In this document: piece after piece, positions 33,620 through 43,949 of the stretch
Layout: the number at the start of each line of letters is the position of its first letter
Position numbering within the stretch: position 1 is the stretch's first letter
Assembly (NCBI GenBank): GCA_963847705.1
Contig: CAWKBC010000014.1
Span: 128,001-192,000 of the forward strand
Source: an uncultured Pseudomonadota bacterium
GTDB lineage: Bacteria; Myxococcota_A; Polyangia; Fen-1088
Reading direction: 5' to 3'
Length of the DNA stretch: 64,000 nt
Program-made: the position numbers and the translations under genes
Notes under the pieces: generated by a model
Told to the model about the DNA's origin: nothing
Seen by the model: only the letters and a program-made list of their open reading frames with translations
Databases searched by the model: none

Positions 33620-34405
33620 CTATGGTACACGCTCCGCGCCGGACGGCAGCCGGAGCGCGAGCAGAAACTCGACGTTCCCCTTCCCGCCCGTGATCGGCGA
33701 GACCGTGTCGGCGCCGACCTCGAAGCCGAGCGCATCGGCGGCCGCGCGCACCTCGGCCAGGGCGCGCGCCCGTGCCGCCTCGTCGCGCACGATCCCCCCT
33801 TTTCCGACGTCGGCGCGCCCGACTTCGAACTGCGGTTTGACGAGAGCGATCACCGGCGCCCCCGGCTTGGCGAACGGCGGCAGCGCCGGAAGCACCAGGC
33901 GCAGGGAAATGAACGACACGTCGATGACCACCAGATCGACCCGCGCCGGGAGCAGATCGGGCGGCGCGGTCCGGATGTTCGTCCGGTCGATCACCCGCAC
34001 CCGCGGATCCGAGGCCACCTTCCAGTCGAGCTGCCCATGCCCCACGTCCACGCAGGTGACGTGCGTGGCCCCGCGCTGCAGCAGGCAGTCGGTGAAGCCG
34101 CCCGTCGACGCCCCGACGTCGAGCGCGCTGAGCCCCCGGGGATCGACAGCGAACGTGTCGAGCGCGTGCGCCAGCTTGAGCCCGCCGCGCGACACGAACG
34201 GCATCGGCCCCGAGCGCAGCCGCAGCTCGGCGTCCGCATCGACCAGATCCCCGGCCTTGTCGATCGGCAGATCGCCCGCCAGCACCTCTCCGGCCAGGAT
34301 CAGAGCGCGCGCCTTTTCGCGCGAGGGTGCCAATCCCTGCTCGACCAGCGCCAGGTCCGCACGCAGGCGCTTGGGGGCCGGGCTGCGCGCGCCGGGCGGG
34401 TTCAT
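33620..34405 (-). CDS. tlyA: TlyA-family RNA methyltransferase
   Basis: S4 domain, FVSRGGLKL, DVGASTGGFTD, DVSFISL, LVKPQFE, GNVEF. Confidence 0.93.
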   Translation of the reverse strand: MNPPGARSPAPKRLRADLALVEQGLAPSREKARALILAGEVLAGDLPIDKAGDLVDADAELRLRSGPMPFVSRGGLKLAHALDTFAVDPRGLSALDVGASTGGFTDCLLQRGATHVTCVDVGHGQLDWKVASDPRVRVIDRTNIRTAPPDLLPARVDLVVIDVSFISLRLVLPALPPFAKPGAPVIALVKPQFEVGRADVGKGGIVRDEAARARALAEVRAAADALGFEVGADTVSPITGGKGNVEFLLALRLPSGAERVP

Positions 34406-34487
34406 GGCGCGATGATAGCGCCGCGTCAGCGCACCAACGTAAGGGAAACACCTAGCCTTCGTGCGCGTCGTCCCCATGTTCTGTGAA

Positions 34488-34787
34488 ATGAAACGAACTC
34501 TGCCGTTGTTTGTATTCCTCTTTCTCGGCGCCTTCGCCCTGGGCAGCTCGATCAGCTGCGACTCGATCGACGAGGCCTTCGACTGCTCGCAGGTCTGCGG
34601 TCGCTACCGCGACTGCTACGACAGCTCGTACGACGTCGACGCCTGCGAGAGCCGCTGTCGGACGAACGCGGCGAACGACCCCAACGTCAAGGCCGCCGCC
34701 GACGCCTGCGACTCCTGCATCGGCGACAAGTCCTGCCTCTCGGCCACGTTCAACTGCGCCAGCAGCTGCGGCTCGATCGTCCCCTGA
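34488..34787 (+). CDS. Small Cys-rich putative lipoprotein
   Basis: Hydrophobic signal ending SIS-C; many Cys in the mature part. Confidence 0.7.
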   Translation: MKRTLPLFVFLFLGAFALGSSISCDSIDEAFDCSQVCGRYRDCYDSSYDVDACESRCRTNAANDPNVKAAADACDSCIGDKSCLSATFNCASSCGSIVP

Positions 34788-34867
34788 CCCGGGCCGTCGG
34801 CGCCGGTTGACCTGCGGCGGGCTGGCGGGCCCCAGATCGACCTGTGCCGCGCCCGCGCAGACGCAGG

Positions 34868-34895
34868 TTGCAAAGCAAGCGCCCCTGCGTAGAAT
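34868..34895 (+). promoter_or_regulatory. sigma70-type promoter of tRNA-Ala
   Basis: TTGCAA-16 bp-TAGAAT about 30 bp upstream of the tRNA. Confidence 0.55.
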
Positions 34896-34926
34896 GTCGC
34901 CGCGTTCGAGCTTGGTCGGACGCGTT

Positions 34927-34999
34927 GGGGATGTAGCTCAGCTGGGAGAGCGCCTGAATCGCACTCAGGAGGCCGACGGTTCGATCCCGTTCATCTCCA
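34927..34999 (+). tRNA. tRNA-Ala (CGC), CCA not encoded
   Basis: Acceptor GGGGATG/CATCTCC with G3:U70; anticodon stem CCTGA/TCAGG, loop ATCGCAC; GGTTCGATCC T arm. Confidence 0.95.
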
Positions 35000-36158
35000 C
35001 GATTTTCTTACTGTTTTTTCTGACACGGGGCTCCGCGGTAATGAAATTCTGCGAATCATTACCGCGGCTGGGGATGGCGGACCGATTGTTTCGAGGTGCG
35101 TGAGTGCGTCCGCCGGCTAGCACGGTGAGCACCCGCCGCTGGTCCGCGCCGGTGATCGCCTCGCGCGCGATGTAGCTTTCGCGCGACGTGGTCTCCGACT
35201 CGTGGCCGAGGGCCTGCGCCACGGCGTGGGTAGTGGCGCCCCGCTCCACCGCGAGCGTGCCGTGAAGGCCGCGCATCCCGTGCGCGGTCACCTCTGGCAC
35301 CTTCGCCGCTTTGCAGATTCGCTGCACCCATTCCCGTGGCCAGTCCCTCCAGTGCTGCCCGAAGAGCGAATCCGTGGGCCCTTTCCTTTCGGCGATCTTC
35401 TGCAGGTACGGCTGCAGAACCTCGGGGACCGGAAGCGTCCGCTTGCCCGCCTCCGTCTTCGTCTCAGGGATCCAGAGCAACCGTCCCTCGTCGTCCAGAT
35501 CGCGCACGATCCGGCTGACGATCTCCGACGCCCGCATCCCCATCAGCAACGACATCATCGCCGCCACTGCCCCTTCTTCCCCCTGATCGGCGAACTGAAG
35601 AGCCTTCGCCTGCCACCTCCGCGCCTCGTCGATCCGGAGCTGGGCTTTCCCATGCCTCCGCCTGCCCACCCCGGTCACCTCTTCCAACGGGTTGCGCGCG
35701 ATCCACCGCTTCCCCACGCACCACTTCAGGAACGACTTCGCCTCCGCGAGGATGTTCCGGTGCGAGTCGACGGCGAGCGGACGCTTCGTCGTCGGCCTCG
35801 GGCGCGTCCGCAGGTCCTCGTAGTAACCCCTGCAGCGAGCCGGCGTGAGATCGTCGAGCGGGAGATCATCCTCGTGGAAGAAGATCCCCAGTCGCCACGA
35901 GGTGGCCTCGATCGATCGCTGTTTGTTCCCCTTGTCGTCCCGCATATACGCCTCGTACTTCTCCCGCGCTTCCCCGATCGTCCGCTCCCCGCCTTTCGCG
36001 AGCTCCCTCCTCAACGATCGGACGACCTGTTTCGCTTCCTCTTCGCTTTCATAGTCCGTAACAGTCTTCTCGCCTCCTGCTGAGACCAGGAGGACTCTCC
36101 ATCGTCTGTAGTGTCGATATGGTCCGAGCACCCGCTCGGGTTTGCTTCTTCGCGCCAT
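34965..36158 (-). CDS. int: Tyrosine recombinase/integrase
   Basis: GMRASE, KTEAG, HGMR, LGH, SY catalytic set; adjacent to attL. Confidence 0.92.
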   Translation of the reverse strand: MARRSKPERVLGPYRHYRRWRVLLVSAGGEKTVTDYESEEEAKQVVRSLRRELAKGGERTIGEAREKYEAYMRDDKGNKQRSIEATSWRLGIFFHEDDLPLDDLTPARCRGYYEDLRTRPRPTTKRPLAVDSHRNILAEAKSFLKWCVGKRWIARNPLEEVTGVGRRRHGKAQLRIDEARRWQAKALQFADQGEEGAVAAMMSLLMGMRASEIVSRIVRDLDDEGRLLWIPETKTEAGKRTLPVPEVLQPYLQKIAERKGPTDSLFGQHWRDWPREWVQRICKAAKVPEVTAHGMRGLHGTLAVERGATTHAVAQALGHESETTSRESYIAREAITGADQRRVLTVLAGGRTHAPRNNRSAIPSRGNDSQNFITAEPRVRKNSKKIVEMNGIEPSAS

Positions 36159-36515
36159 GGGTCCATCTCCTTTCGCAGGCGCGGAGAAACGTCAGCGGCA
36201 TCGACGCTACCACGACCCGATATGACCGGAGCCAGCAGTCTGGCCAGTAGGGGAGCCAACACCTCCGCCAAGCGACGCACGTCACCAAAGCTCAGCTCGG
36301 GCGTCTCCGCATCCTCGACGGACGACGACCCGGTCTTGGTGGCGCCGGCGCTCACCGCAGAGATCTCCGTGCCCAATCGCGTAAGCAACTCAGATCGCTG
36401 GCCCCCGATAAGGGAACGTCCGGGACGCCGCGCACCTTTTCGTGCACGGCGTCCCGGATGAACCGGCGAAGGAGCTCTGCGAGGGTCACGTCTGAATCCA
36501 AGGTGATGAATGTTT

Positions 36516-36941
36516 TCAGCTGCTCGTCTGCGACCCGATCCGACCGTCACGCCCATTTGGCGGTGGGAGAGCGGTTGGCGCGGTTGCCGTCCGGGTGACC
36601 GGAGAAGGCGACGACGCGGCCGGTGCAGCGGCAAGGGCGGAAGGCTCGGTTTCTGCCGTCCCTACTGCCCGACCGCCCGTTCGCTTGTGCTCCTGCCAGC
36701 ACTTGTCGCGGGCGAAGACGTCGCGGAGCGCGAAGTCGATGGTCTTGGACATGGCCTCGGCAGGTGTCAGCTTCGCGGGTGCCGACTCCCTCACCCATAC
36801 GGCGTAGGCGCTCAGCTCCTGCGCGGTATCCGCGGAAACCTCGGTGAGGATTGTCTCTCGCTTTTGAGTGCCTTCCAGGACCAGCGGTCCGGTGCGGGGA
36901 TCGGATTTGGGTCTGCCAGCTTTCTTCTTCGTGCTTTCCAT
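36516..36941 (-). CDS. Hypothetical protein, possible DNA-binding
   Basis: MESTKKKAGRPK start after an AAGGA RBS; lies in the int-relaxase operon. Confidence 0.55.
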   Translation of the reverse strand: MESTKKKAGRPKSDPRTGPLVLEGTQKRETILTEVSADTAQELSAYAVWVRESAPAKLTPAEAMSKTIDFALRDVFARDKCWQEHKRTGGRAVGTAETEPSALAAAPAASSPSPVTRTATAPTALPPPNGRDGRIGSQTSS

Positions 36942-36989
36942 GGATGCGTTCCTTTCTTGGTGGGTGCAGGTCCGTGCGCTCCGCACGGC

Positions 36990-38747
36990 TCAGCGGGAAA
37001 TCTCCGGACTGATCTGAATCGAAAGGCGGCCCACGGGATCACGCGCGACGGTCACGACCTTTGCCCGCAGCCGCTCGGCGTCCTTGGGTTTCGGAACAAG
37101 CGCGAGCTGGCGGTGCCGATAGTCGACAACCTGGACGTACTCGGTTCCGGACGGACCCGCTGGCGCTGGAACCAGCTGTCCCCTGAATCGCTGAGGATTG
37201 GCCACGAAGGCCAGCCCAAGCCGTTGGGCGGCCCCCTCACCGATCGTCACCCGTTCCTTTTCCAGGTCGGTGATGAGCGGCGCTGCGGGCTCCCTCTTAG
37301 CGGGCGAGAACTTGTCGATCTGAAGGCGGGGGCGAGAGTGCGTCCGTTCCCTCGACTCCAACTGGGCGATCAGGTCAGATGGGACCCGCCATCGCCCCTC
37401 TGGCAGTTGACTGGCCAACCCATACGCCAACAGGCGTTCGAGTCGACGGACATTTCCCTCGACGAGATTCGCCGGCGACAGGGCGTCCGCGTCGGACTTC
37501 GTGGCCTGCTTGGTTTCGAGCTCCCGCTGATGCTCCCGCGGGGCATACACGCCGCCATTTTCTTTGGCGACTTGAGCGATGGCCTTGTCGGCGGCCTTCA
37601 GCCAATCTTCGGCCTTGAAGCCCACTCTGATCGTGTCCCCCCGGTGCAGGGTCTCCGCGACCTCGGGCCGAATCGGGATGTAATAGCCTTGGCCGTGGGT
37701 CGCCTGCACAGCGACGAACATCTCGCCGGACAACTCGTCATGAAGGCCCTTGCCGACTACGACGGCTCCGAAATTGGACAGGGGCAGTTTCGGATCGACG
37801 AACTGATATTCGGCTGCCTTCTCGCCGACGATGGGATACAGCCGCTCGATGCGGTCGTTCTGCTCGCCCAGGCGGGTAAGCGTTTCCTTCCACCCGCCGG
37901 TCAGACGCCACACCCCGGGTCGCTCTTCGACCGCCAGCTTGAGTTCGGTGAGGGTCTGAAGCCGTGCCACGCAATTCCGACCCTCTGGCCCCGGTCGGGC
38001 GAGCAGCTTCTTGAGAGTCACCGTGCCGTCAGGCTGAACATGCTCGGTCAGAAATCGGTCGACCATGGTGACGCGCTCGACTCCAATTTCCGCCTCGCGC
38101 GCCCGGGAATATTCGAGCTCCGTCCTGGGCCCCAGCTCGCGCGTGACAATTTCCTGCGCCCGCCAGCGCATCTGGTGCTTGATGTAAGCGGAGTCGATTC
38201 GGACGTCGTCACCATCGACGTCGACGCCTCGGACGTCGATATGGACGTGGGGGTTATCGGTGTTGTGATGATTGACGGCGGCCCAGATGAGACGCCGCCC
38301 GAGGTCGTTTTCGACCTGGTTCATCAACCGGCGGGCGAATTCTTTCAGGTCGAGCTCATCCCCATCTTCGGGGGAAACGATGAATCGAAATTGCCGCTCC
38401 TCACCGGCCAGAGGGGCACGAAAGGCATCCCAATCGAACCCATCGTCCGCTCCGTAAAGACGTCCCGGAGAGCCGTCTCGTTCGACGCCGTCGCGTTCCA
38501 GGTACGCGAGGTGGCGCCTCATCCCCGCAAGACCCTGCTTTCCCAGCGTTGCGTACCTGCTCTTGATCACGCATCGCCGACTACTTTCTGCCGGCGTATG
38601 AACCGCCACGCGGGCCGGGCGGGCGGCCTTTCTCGCGAGTCGCCGAAATCCACCCCCGGGCGACGGCACACGATCCGGGCTGCGTCGGCGCCGACCAATT
38701 CGGGGGCGAAATGGCTCCTCTGGATCGCCGAGATTCCAGGTGCTCAT
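36990..38747 (-). CDS. Relaxase (VirD2/RlxS-like, DUF3363-type)
   Basis: HLAYLERDG, FRFIVSPEDG, WAAVNHHNTDNPHVHI HUH motif, GLHDEL. Confidence 0.88.
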   Translation of the reverse strand: MSTWNLGDPEEPFRPRIGRRRRSPDRVPSPGGGFRRLARKAARPARVAVHTPAESSRRCVIKSRYATLGKQGLAGMRRHLAYLERDGVERDGSPGRLYGADDGFDWDAFRAPLAGEERQFRFIVSPEDGDELDLKEFARRLMNQVENDLGRRLIWAAVNHHNTDNPHVHIDVRGVDVDGDDVRIDSAYIKHQMRWRAQEIVTRELGPRTELEYSRAREAEIGVERVTMVDRFLTEHVQPDGTVTLKKLLARPGPEGRNCVARLQTLTELKLAVEERPGVWRLTGGWKETLTRLGEQNDRIERLYPIVGEKAAEYQFVDPKLPLSNFGAVVVGKGLHDELSGEMFVAVQATHGQGYYIPIRPEVAETLHRGDTIRVGFKAEDWLKAADKAIAQVAKENGGVYAPREHQRELETKQATKSDADALSPANLVEGNVRRLERLLAYGLASQLPEGRWRVPSDLIAQLESRERTHSRPRLQIDKFSPAKREPAAPLITDLEKERVTIGEGAAQRLGLAFVANPQRFRGQLVPAPAGPSGTEYVQVVDYRHRQLALVPKPKDAERLRAKVVTVARDPVGRLSIQISPEISR

Positions 38748-39208
38748 CGGCCTGGCCCTTTCCCACTGTCACTAACGCCAACCGCTCCCGAACCAGGACG
38801 AGGTGGGACGCGATCGCCCGTTGGCGGGAAGACCTCGCCGGTAAACCTGCGGCCGGCGCTGAACTTCCTCCCGGCCCCGCGCAGTAGCTCGCTGTACAAC
38901 TTCTCCGCCCGCTGCACCGACTCCGGCGTCGGGGGCTGCGTCGGCAGAAAACGGCACCACAGCTCGGTGTAGTGTGCGAACGCCATCGCCAACAGCTCGA
39001 GGGTGTTCTGAAGCCGTTCGAGCCGCTGGGTCAGGGTATCGAGGCGCGATCCGACAAGGTCGACGTCACCTCGTTCGCCTGCCAGGAAGCGCTCATATGC
39101 CTCTTTCGTGAACGCGCTGCGTGTCCATCCCCTCGCGGATGCATAGGCCTGGACCTTCTTCCGCAACTCGGGGTGGACGTAGGATTGCTCTCGGACTTTG
39201 TGACGCAT
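38744..39208 (-). CDS. Ribbon-helix-helix-like mobilization accessory protein
   Basis: VREQSYVHPEL..; coiled segment; overlaps the relaxase start. Confidence 0.6.
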   Translation of the reverse strand: MRHKVREQSYVHPELRKKVQAYASARGWTRSAFTKEAYERFLAGERGDVDLVGSRLDTLTQRLERLQNTLELLAMAFAHYTELWCRFLPTQPPTPESVQRAEKLYSELLRGAGRKFSAGRRFTGEVFPPTGDRVPPRPGSGAVGVSDSGKGPGR

Positions 39209-39373
39209 CTCTTGCTCCTGGTGTTGGTCTGCTCGGGGTCGTTCTCGGCAACTGGGCGGCAAAAGCGACCAGCTTTCTTCTGACGCGGTTACGTTTTCGG
39301 TCCCTTGCATCACCCTTCTCGGCAACCCGCCTACGAATGGAACTGGGATTCTTCTGGTGGCTCTCTTTCGTCA

Positions 39374-39507
39374 CTGCACGCCGGAGTTGTCGAGAGGAGG
39401 CCCGAAAAAGGGACCAACTTTCGTCGGCGCACCGGATCTTTTTTTCGCTGCTCACCGGGGGTTATCGGCCAACCGCGAAATTTTTGACCTGCACGCCGGA
39501 GTTGTCG
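39374..39507. repeat. 19-bp direct repeats upstream of the mob operon (candidate oriT region)
   Basis: CTGCACGCCGGAGTTGTCG at 39374 and 39489. Confidence 0.7.
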
Positions 39508-39903
39508 GACCGGAGCCGAAAGAACCGACCTCCTTTCTTTCGATTCACGGGGCGCTCAGCGACTGGGTGCGCCCGCCGGCCATTGGGAACCTTCTTGGGG
39601 AACCGTTACTGACCTGTACGGTTCTCGTGGCGAGATGCCCCACCGTTGCCGGCGTGCGCGGCCGCCCGAACGGATCAGCGGCGGGCGCTCAAGAAACCGC
39701 TGAATTCGCGGGTGACTCCCACGAAAGTCCAGTCTTGGCGCGGCCTTCGGCGCACGTGAGCGCCAGCCCGAAAGGCGTGCCTCTATACTTTTCCGAGTGA
39801 ACGCGCCCGCTTAGGGCGGCGTGAACTCCGACCCTTTATCTTGCAGTCCCAGTCCCTGTGCTAACCCATCTGTCGGATCCCCGATTTTCCCGCGTAGCAA
39901 ACT

Positions 39904-40719
39904 CTACGTTCGGCGACCGGTCCTTCGGCGCCATCGGGGCTCACGTCTGACTCCCCGGCGCCTACGCCGGGGCCGTCGAGTCTTAGAAAGGGAGCGGCGT
40001 GCTTTCCGCGCTCGCTTGATTTCGTACATCGCCGCATCGGCCCGCTTGACTACCTCGTCGAGCGATTCTGTCTCTTCATCGAACACGTGAACCCCACCAC
40101 TGAGCCCGACAGTAATGCCCGCGGCGCTAATGAGGGCGTGAAGGCCGCAGTTCTTTGACACGACAGCGACGATCCTGTCACGGACGGCTTCGGCCCATGT
40201 CCGGTCGTGATCGGGCAACAACACGACTACCTCATCACCGCCCCAGCAGTAAGCCTCACCGGGCCACTTCACGACTGATGCGACGCTTTTGAAATAAATC
40301 TGCAGGATTTCGTCGCCGACGTCGTGGCCGAGGCGATCGTTGATCGCCTTCATCCCGTCGAGGTCCAGAAAAAGGAGTGCGTGGGTCGTTCCGCTAACCC
40401 ACTCAAGTTGCTCTGGGCCGTTCGTTTTGACGAACCGGCGGTCGAACAAGATCCCAAACTTCTCTCTCAGAAGGTCTGGCGCCGCCGCAATTGTACGCGC
40501 AATCTCCTCCTTCGGCATCGACTCGGCTTTGAGCAGGACCCTTCCCTCTTCGTCGAGCAAGGCAGCTCCCCCGCCGGCTGTCTCCGTCCATCGCCATCTG
40601 GGCCCCTGGGCTTGCTCCTGGTCAGGGTGCGCCAGCTTTGCCATCGACCTGTTGAGCCGGCGTAACTCATCGACCGAGCGGTTTAGATGGTCGAGCAGCC
40701 CCTTTTTGGGTTTGGCCAT
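39904..40719 (-). CDS. GGDEF-domain protein
   Basis: LFLDLDGMKAINDRLGHDVGD, WGGDEV, ADAAMY. Confidence 0.82.
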   Translation of the reverse strand: MAKPKKGLLDHLNRSVDELRRLNRSMAKLAHPDQEQAQGPRWRWTETAGGGAALLDEEGRVLLKAESMPKEEIARTIAAAPDLLREKFGILFDRRFVKTNGPEQLEWVSGTTHALLFLDLDGMKAINDRLGHDVGDEILQIYFKSVASVVKWPGEAYCWGGDEVVVLLPDHDRTWAEAVRDRIVAVVSKNCGLHALISAAGITVGLSGGVHVFDEETESLDEVVKRADAAMYEIKRARKARRSLSKTRRPRRRRRGVRREPRWRRRTGRRT

Positions 40720-41024
40720 TCGCCTATAGGAATGACACTTGGATATGGGTCATTTCAAGTCTGGGCCGCGCCTACTCCTGATGATGCAGTCTCGAGATCA
40801 GAGAGGTCCGATCTCGGCCTGAACTTCTGATTCAAGGTCGGTGAGGCCGCTCTCCGCGCGCTGGCCGCAGCGGCTCAGCCTTCCTCATGCGGATAAGGTC
40901 GCGGCGACCGTGCAGGCCCTGCGCAAATCCGGCGCTCCCGAGGCAGACATTGAGGCATTCATCGAGGGGCAGGCGGCGTGAACGAGATTTCCGTGCACGT
41001 CACAGGGCCCGTGGAGTGCTGACT

Positions 41025-42719
41025 CTATGGGCTAAGCACCGCCTGAACCATCGTCGCCAGCAAAGGTTCCAGGGTATCCGACACCCGTGGGAACTGAGAC
41101 TCCTCCAGGAGGCTGTACTCCCGGCTTAACCGCACGGTGGCATCGAACTCATAGTCAGTCTCCGATTCAAGGCCGACGATGAGCTGGTTATTGTCCTCCA
41201 GCCGCTCCGCGATAAAGCGGATCACCCGGGGCAAATTTACGTCGTCCTGGCCCTGTTGGTTCGGCGAGTCGATTACGAGTGGAACGGAAAACGACCCATG
41301 CGGGCCATGACATGCTCGCCAGAGTGCGGAATAGTACGCGAGAATCGAGCGAGGACCTCCGCTGCCGGAAACGTTCGGGCGCGAGGTAAGGCGCTGCGCC
41401 GCCGTGTTTATGGACGGGAGATTCAATTCTTCACGGGCCGCAGCCAGCGCCGTTCTAAAGGTCGCCAAGATTGACTTCGATCTCTCTTTGCTGGTCAGTT
41501 CCTTCAGCCGGGAATCGAGGGTATCGACTTGCCCGGCCTTCTTATCTACCTCCGCCTGCAGAGCATCGGCCTGTGTGTCGAACGCGCGAAATGCGCTCTC
41601 AGCGCCGAGGCTTTCGACGACTTGACCAAACCGTAGCTCGCCCTTTCTTAGGTCTAAGATGGCGGACACTCGCCGATAGTTGTCATCGAGCGTCCGCATT
41701 TCACGCTCAGTCTCGGCTCGCCGCAGGGACGCCTCTTGCGCATCCTTTTGCAGGCGCACCGCGAGTTCCCGGGCAACCCGAGCATCCTCAGCGTAGGTAA
41801 GCGCGTCCAGGAATGGTTCGGCGTGCTCGGCTCCGCACGTGGGGCACACGATACCGGCGTGAGTCCGTTCTCTGATAAAGCGCGAGTCGCTTTCATACCC
41901 GCGGAGAGATTCCTCAGTCAGTCGAATCTGGTCCGCAATGCTCGCGATGAGTTCCTGCTCACGGACCGCACGATCGCGGAGATCTTCCTGCTTTCGATTC
42001 AGCTCAGTCACCTCAGCAGTCAAGAGGCTGATTTCGCGCTCGAAATCCTTCGGATCGAGTTTCGGTCCTGACGACGACAGAGTCTGTTCGAGCCGGCGTC
42101 GGGCTTGCGCCAGGGAAGCGACCTGCCTACGGGACTCGTCCAGCGCTTTTGCCTCCGCGTCGCGCTGGGCGCGCAGGTCATAATATTCGGGGGGCTTTAC
42201 GCCACTGAAATACTCAAGGATCGCGGTCGCAGGACTGGCAAAGCGCTTGAGGGATTTGAATGTGTCCCAGCCTCCCTGCCAGCTCCCGTCCTGATTGACG
42301 TAGAAGGGAAGAAAGAAGCAGCTCGGATCGGCGGGGACGGCTTTCGAATTCTTGTCAGTCAGAACGAGGTTGAAGGAAGTGACTGCGGCGAACGCCGCTG
42401 CCCATTGATCGTGACGTCCCGTAGCAACGATCAATCGGCCATCATGTCGAAACAAAGCTCGTAGCCCGCCGTGCGACAGGGCTCGGTAGGAAGTGCCGTC
42501 CACGCTGAAATCGACTGCGCTGGCCGCCTCGGAGTCCCAGCGCTGGAGCTCTCCCTGCGGGTGAGCGCCGAGCGTTTCGAAGAGATTCTTAATTATCGTT
42601 GATTTTCCGGTGTGGTTGCGCCCGCTGAGGAGGGTCCGCCGGGGATGAAACGTTGTCAGAAGGGCGCGGCGCTCCCTGCGGGATAGCAGCCAAATAGCGT
42701 CGAATCTGAAGCTTTTCAT
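41025..42719 (-). CDS. SMC/Rad50-like ABC ATPase (Lamassu LmuB-like)
   Basis: GRNHTGKS, coiled coil with CPTC hook, SGSGGPR signature, LVIDSP. Confidence 0.8.
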   Translation of the reverse strand: MKSFRFDAIWLLSRRERRALLTTFHPRRTLLSGRNHTGKSTIIKNLFETLGAHPQGELQRWDSEAASAVDFSVDGTSYRALSHGGLRALFRHDGRLIVATGRHDQWAAAFAAVTSFNLVLTDKNSKAVPADPSCFFLPFYVNQDGSWQGGWDTFKSLKRFASPATAILEYFSGVKPPEYYDLRAQRDAEAKALDESRRQVASLAQARRRLEQTLSSSGPKLDPKDFEREISLLTAEVTELNRKQEDLRDRAVREQELIASIADQIRLTEESLRGYESDSRFIRERTHAGIVCPTCGAEHAEPFLDALTYAEDARVARELAVRLQKDAQEASLRRAETEREMRTLDDNYRRVSAILDLRKGELRFGQVVESLGAESAFRAFDTQADALQAEVDKKAGQVDTLDSRLKELTSKERSKSILATFRTALAAAREELNLPSINTAAQRLTSRPNVSGSGGPRSILAYYSALWRACHGPHGSFSVPLVIDSPNQQGQDDVNLPRVIRFIAERLEDNNQLIVGLESETDYEFDATVRLSREYSLLEESQFPRVSDTLEPLLATMVQAVLSP

Positions 42720-42743
42720 ACGATTTCGTCCTGAGGCTTCGGA

Positions 42744-43883
42744 TCAGCCTTCTGAAATTGGGTCCGCGCATTTGTTCACAGCCGCCAATAGGACAGTTGC
42801 TGAAATCTCAGCTGCCTTAGCTGAAGGGTGTAGGCCTCGGATATCCTCAAGCGCTTTGTTAAGCCACGGCCGCAGGGGGAGCGTGAGTGGGTTGGCATCA
42901 AGCCAGCGGTCGGAGTCGACGTCAAGAGCGCTCGCCGAGCTCGCAGGGAGCAGTTGCCGACGCGATACGGAGAGACACGCAAGCCGCAACCTTGACATCT
43001 CGGTCGGTGGCAAACCCTCGTCGCGGAGCTGTGCATACCAGTCCTCGAGCAAGGCCACGGCGTCCGGCACCTCGTTGAGATGCTCGAGATCCCGGGCGAA
43101 GTCCTCACGGGTGTACCCTCGTTGCCGGAGCAGATCCTCGTAGGTCGCGCAGGCGTCGGTCCGCCTTCCCAGAGAGCTGAGCTTGGCGATGAGCGCGTCG
43201 ACGAGAGCCCGTGCCTGGCCAGCATGGGGCGGGTTCCTCGCCAGCAGAAAATCGTGCGCGATGCCGACCAAATACCGGTCGGGAGCGTCCGGCGGCAGCG
43301 GGACTCGGAGCACCCTCAAGAGACTGGAGCTGAGGGCTCCTGCCGCTGAAAGCAGGTCGGAAATTGCCTCAGTCAGCTCTTTTGCTCTGGAGGGCTCCAG
43401 GTCCTGGAGGGTAAAACCGACCGCCGTCGCAAGATTTCCGCCGTTCGCCAGTTCCAGATCGCAGCCAGCATTGGAGACAAAGTGTCCCTCCACTCGGAGC
43501 TCGTTGAACCCCGAGAGCGTGAGGCAGAGTTTCCCGAGCGGACTGGCACGAAACTTGGCCGGCCTATCCGCGGTGGCCACTGCCCCCTTCTTACGGCGAG
43601 GGTTTGAGAGGCCGGTCAGTTCGGCCCAAGACCACTCTCCCCAATCCTTCTTTTTGACCTGGTAGACGCGAACGGACGTGGGGGCAGTAGCAGAATCCAA
43701 TTCCGCTACATCTTGAAAGCATTCGAAAAGAAACAGGAAATCCTGCTGCCCCGCACCCTCTGCCTCGAACATTCGCATGAGCGCCCAATGGCGCTGAAAA
43801 TCGACGCCCTTTTGGCCGTGCCCACCTCCCGTCTCGGCGAGATCCTCGCGACTCGCCACGAGCATGATTTCTGGATGGGGCAC
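42744..43883 (-). CDS. DUF4297/Cap4-like nuclease (Lamassu LmuA-like)
   Basis: GVDFQRHWA..ECFQDV..YQVKKK PD-(D/E)xK-type pattern; directly upstream of the SMC-like gene. Confidence 0.75.
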   Translation of the reverse strand: MPHPEIMLVASREDLAETGGGHGQKGVDFQRHWALMRMFEAEGAGQQDFLFLFECFQDVAELDSATAPTSVRVYQVKKKDWGEWSWAELTGLSNPRRKKGAVATADRPAKFRASPLGKLCLTLSGFNELRVEGHFVSNAGCDLELANGGNLATAVGFTLQDLEPSRAKELTEAISDLLSAAGALSSSLLRVLRVPLPPDAPDRYLVGIAHDFLLARNPPHAGQARALVDALIAKLSSLGRRTDACATYEDLLRQRGYTREDFARDLEHLNEVPDAVALLEDWYAQLRDEGLPPTEMSRLRLACLSVSRRQLLPASSASALDVDSDRWLDANPLTLPLRPWLNKALEDIRGLHPSAKAAEISATVLLAAVNKCADPISEG

Positions 43884-43949
43884 GGCCCGAGTAAATCACG
43901 ACCTGAAACGGCGCTCCAATCTCGTCGGTGCCGGCACTCCCCCCTGGCG

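Noticed and set aside
36510-38972. 820-aa plus-strand ORF and similar long antisense ORFs (e.g. 1487..3169, 7104..9386, 29827..31869)
   Set aside because: Shadow ORFs typical of high-GC DNA opposite well-supported genes; they carry no motifs.
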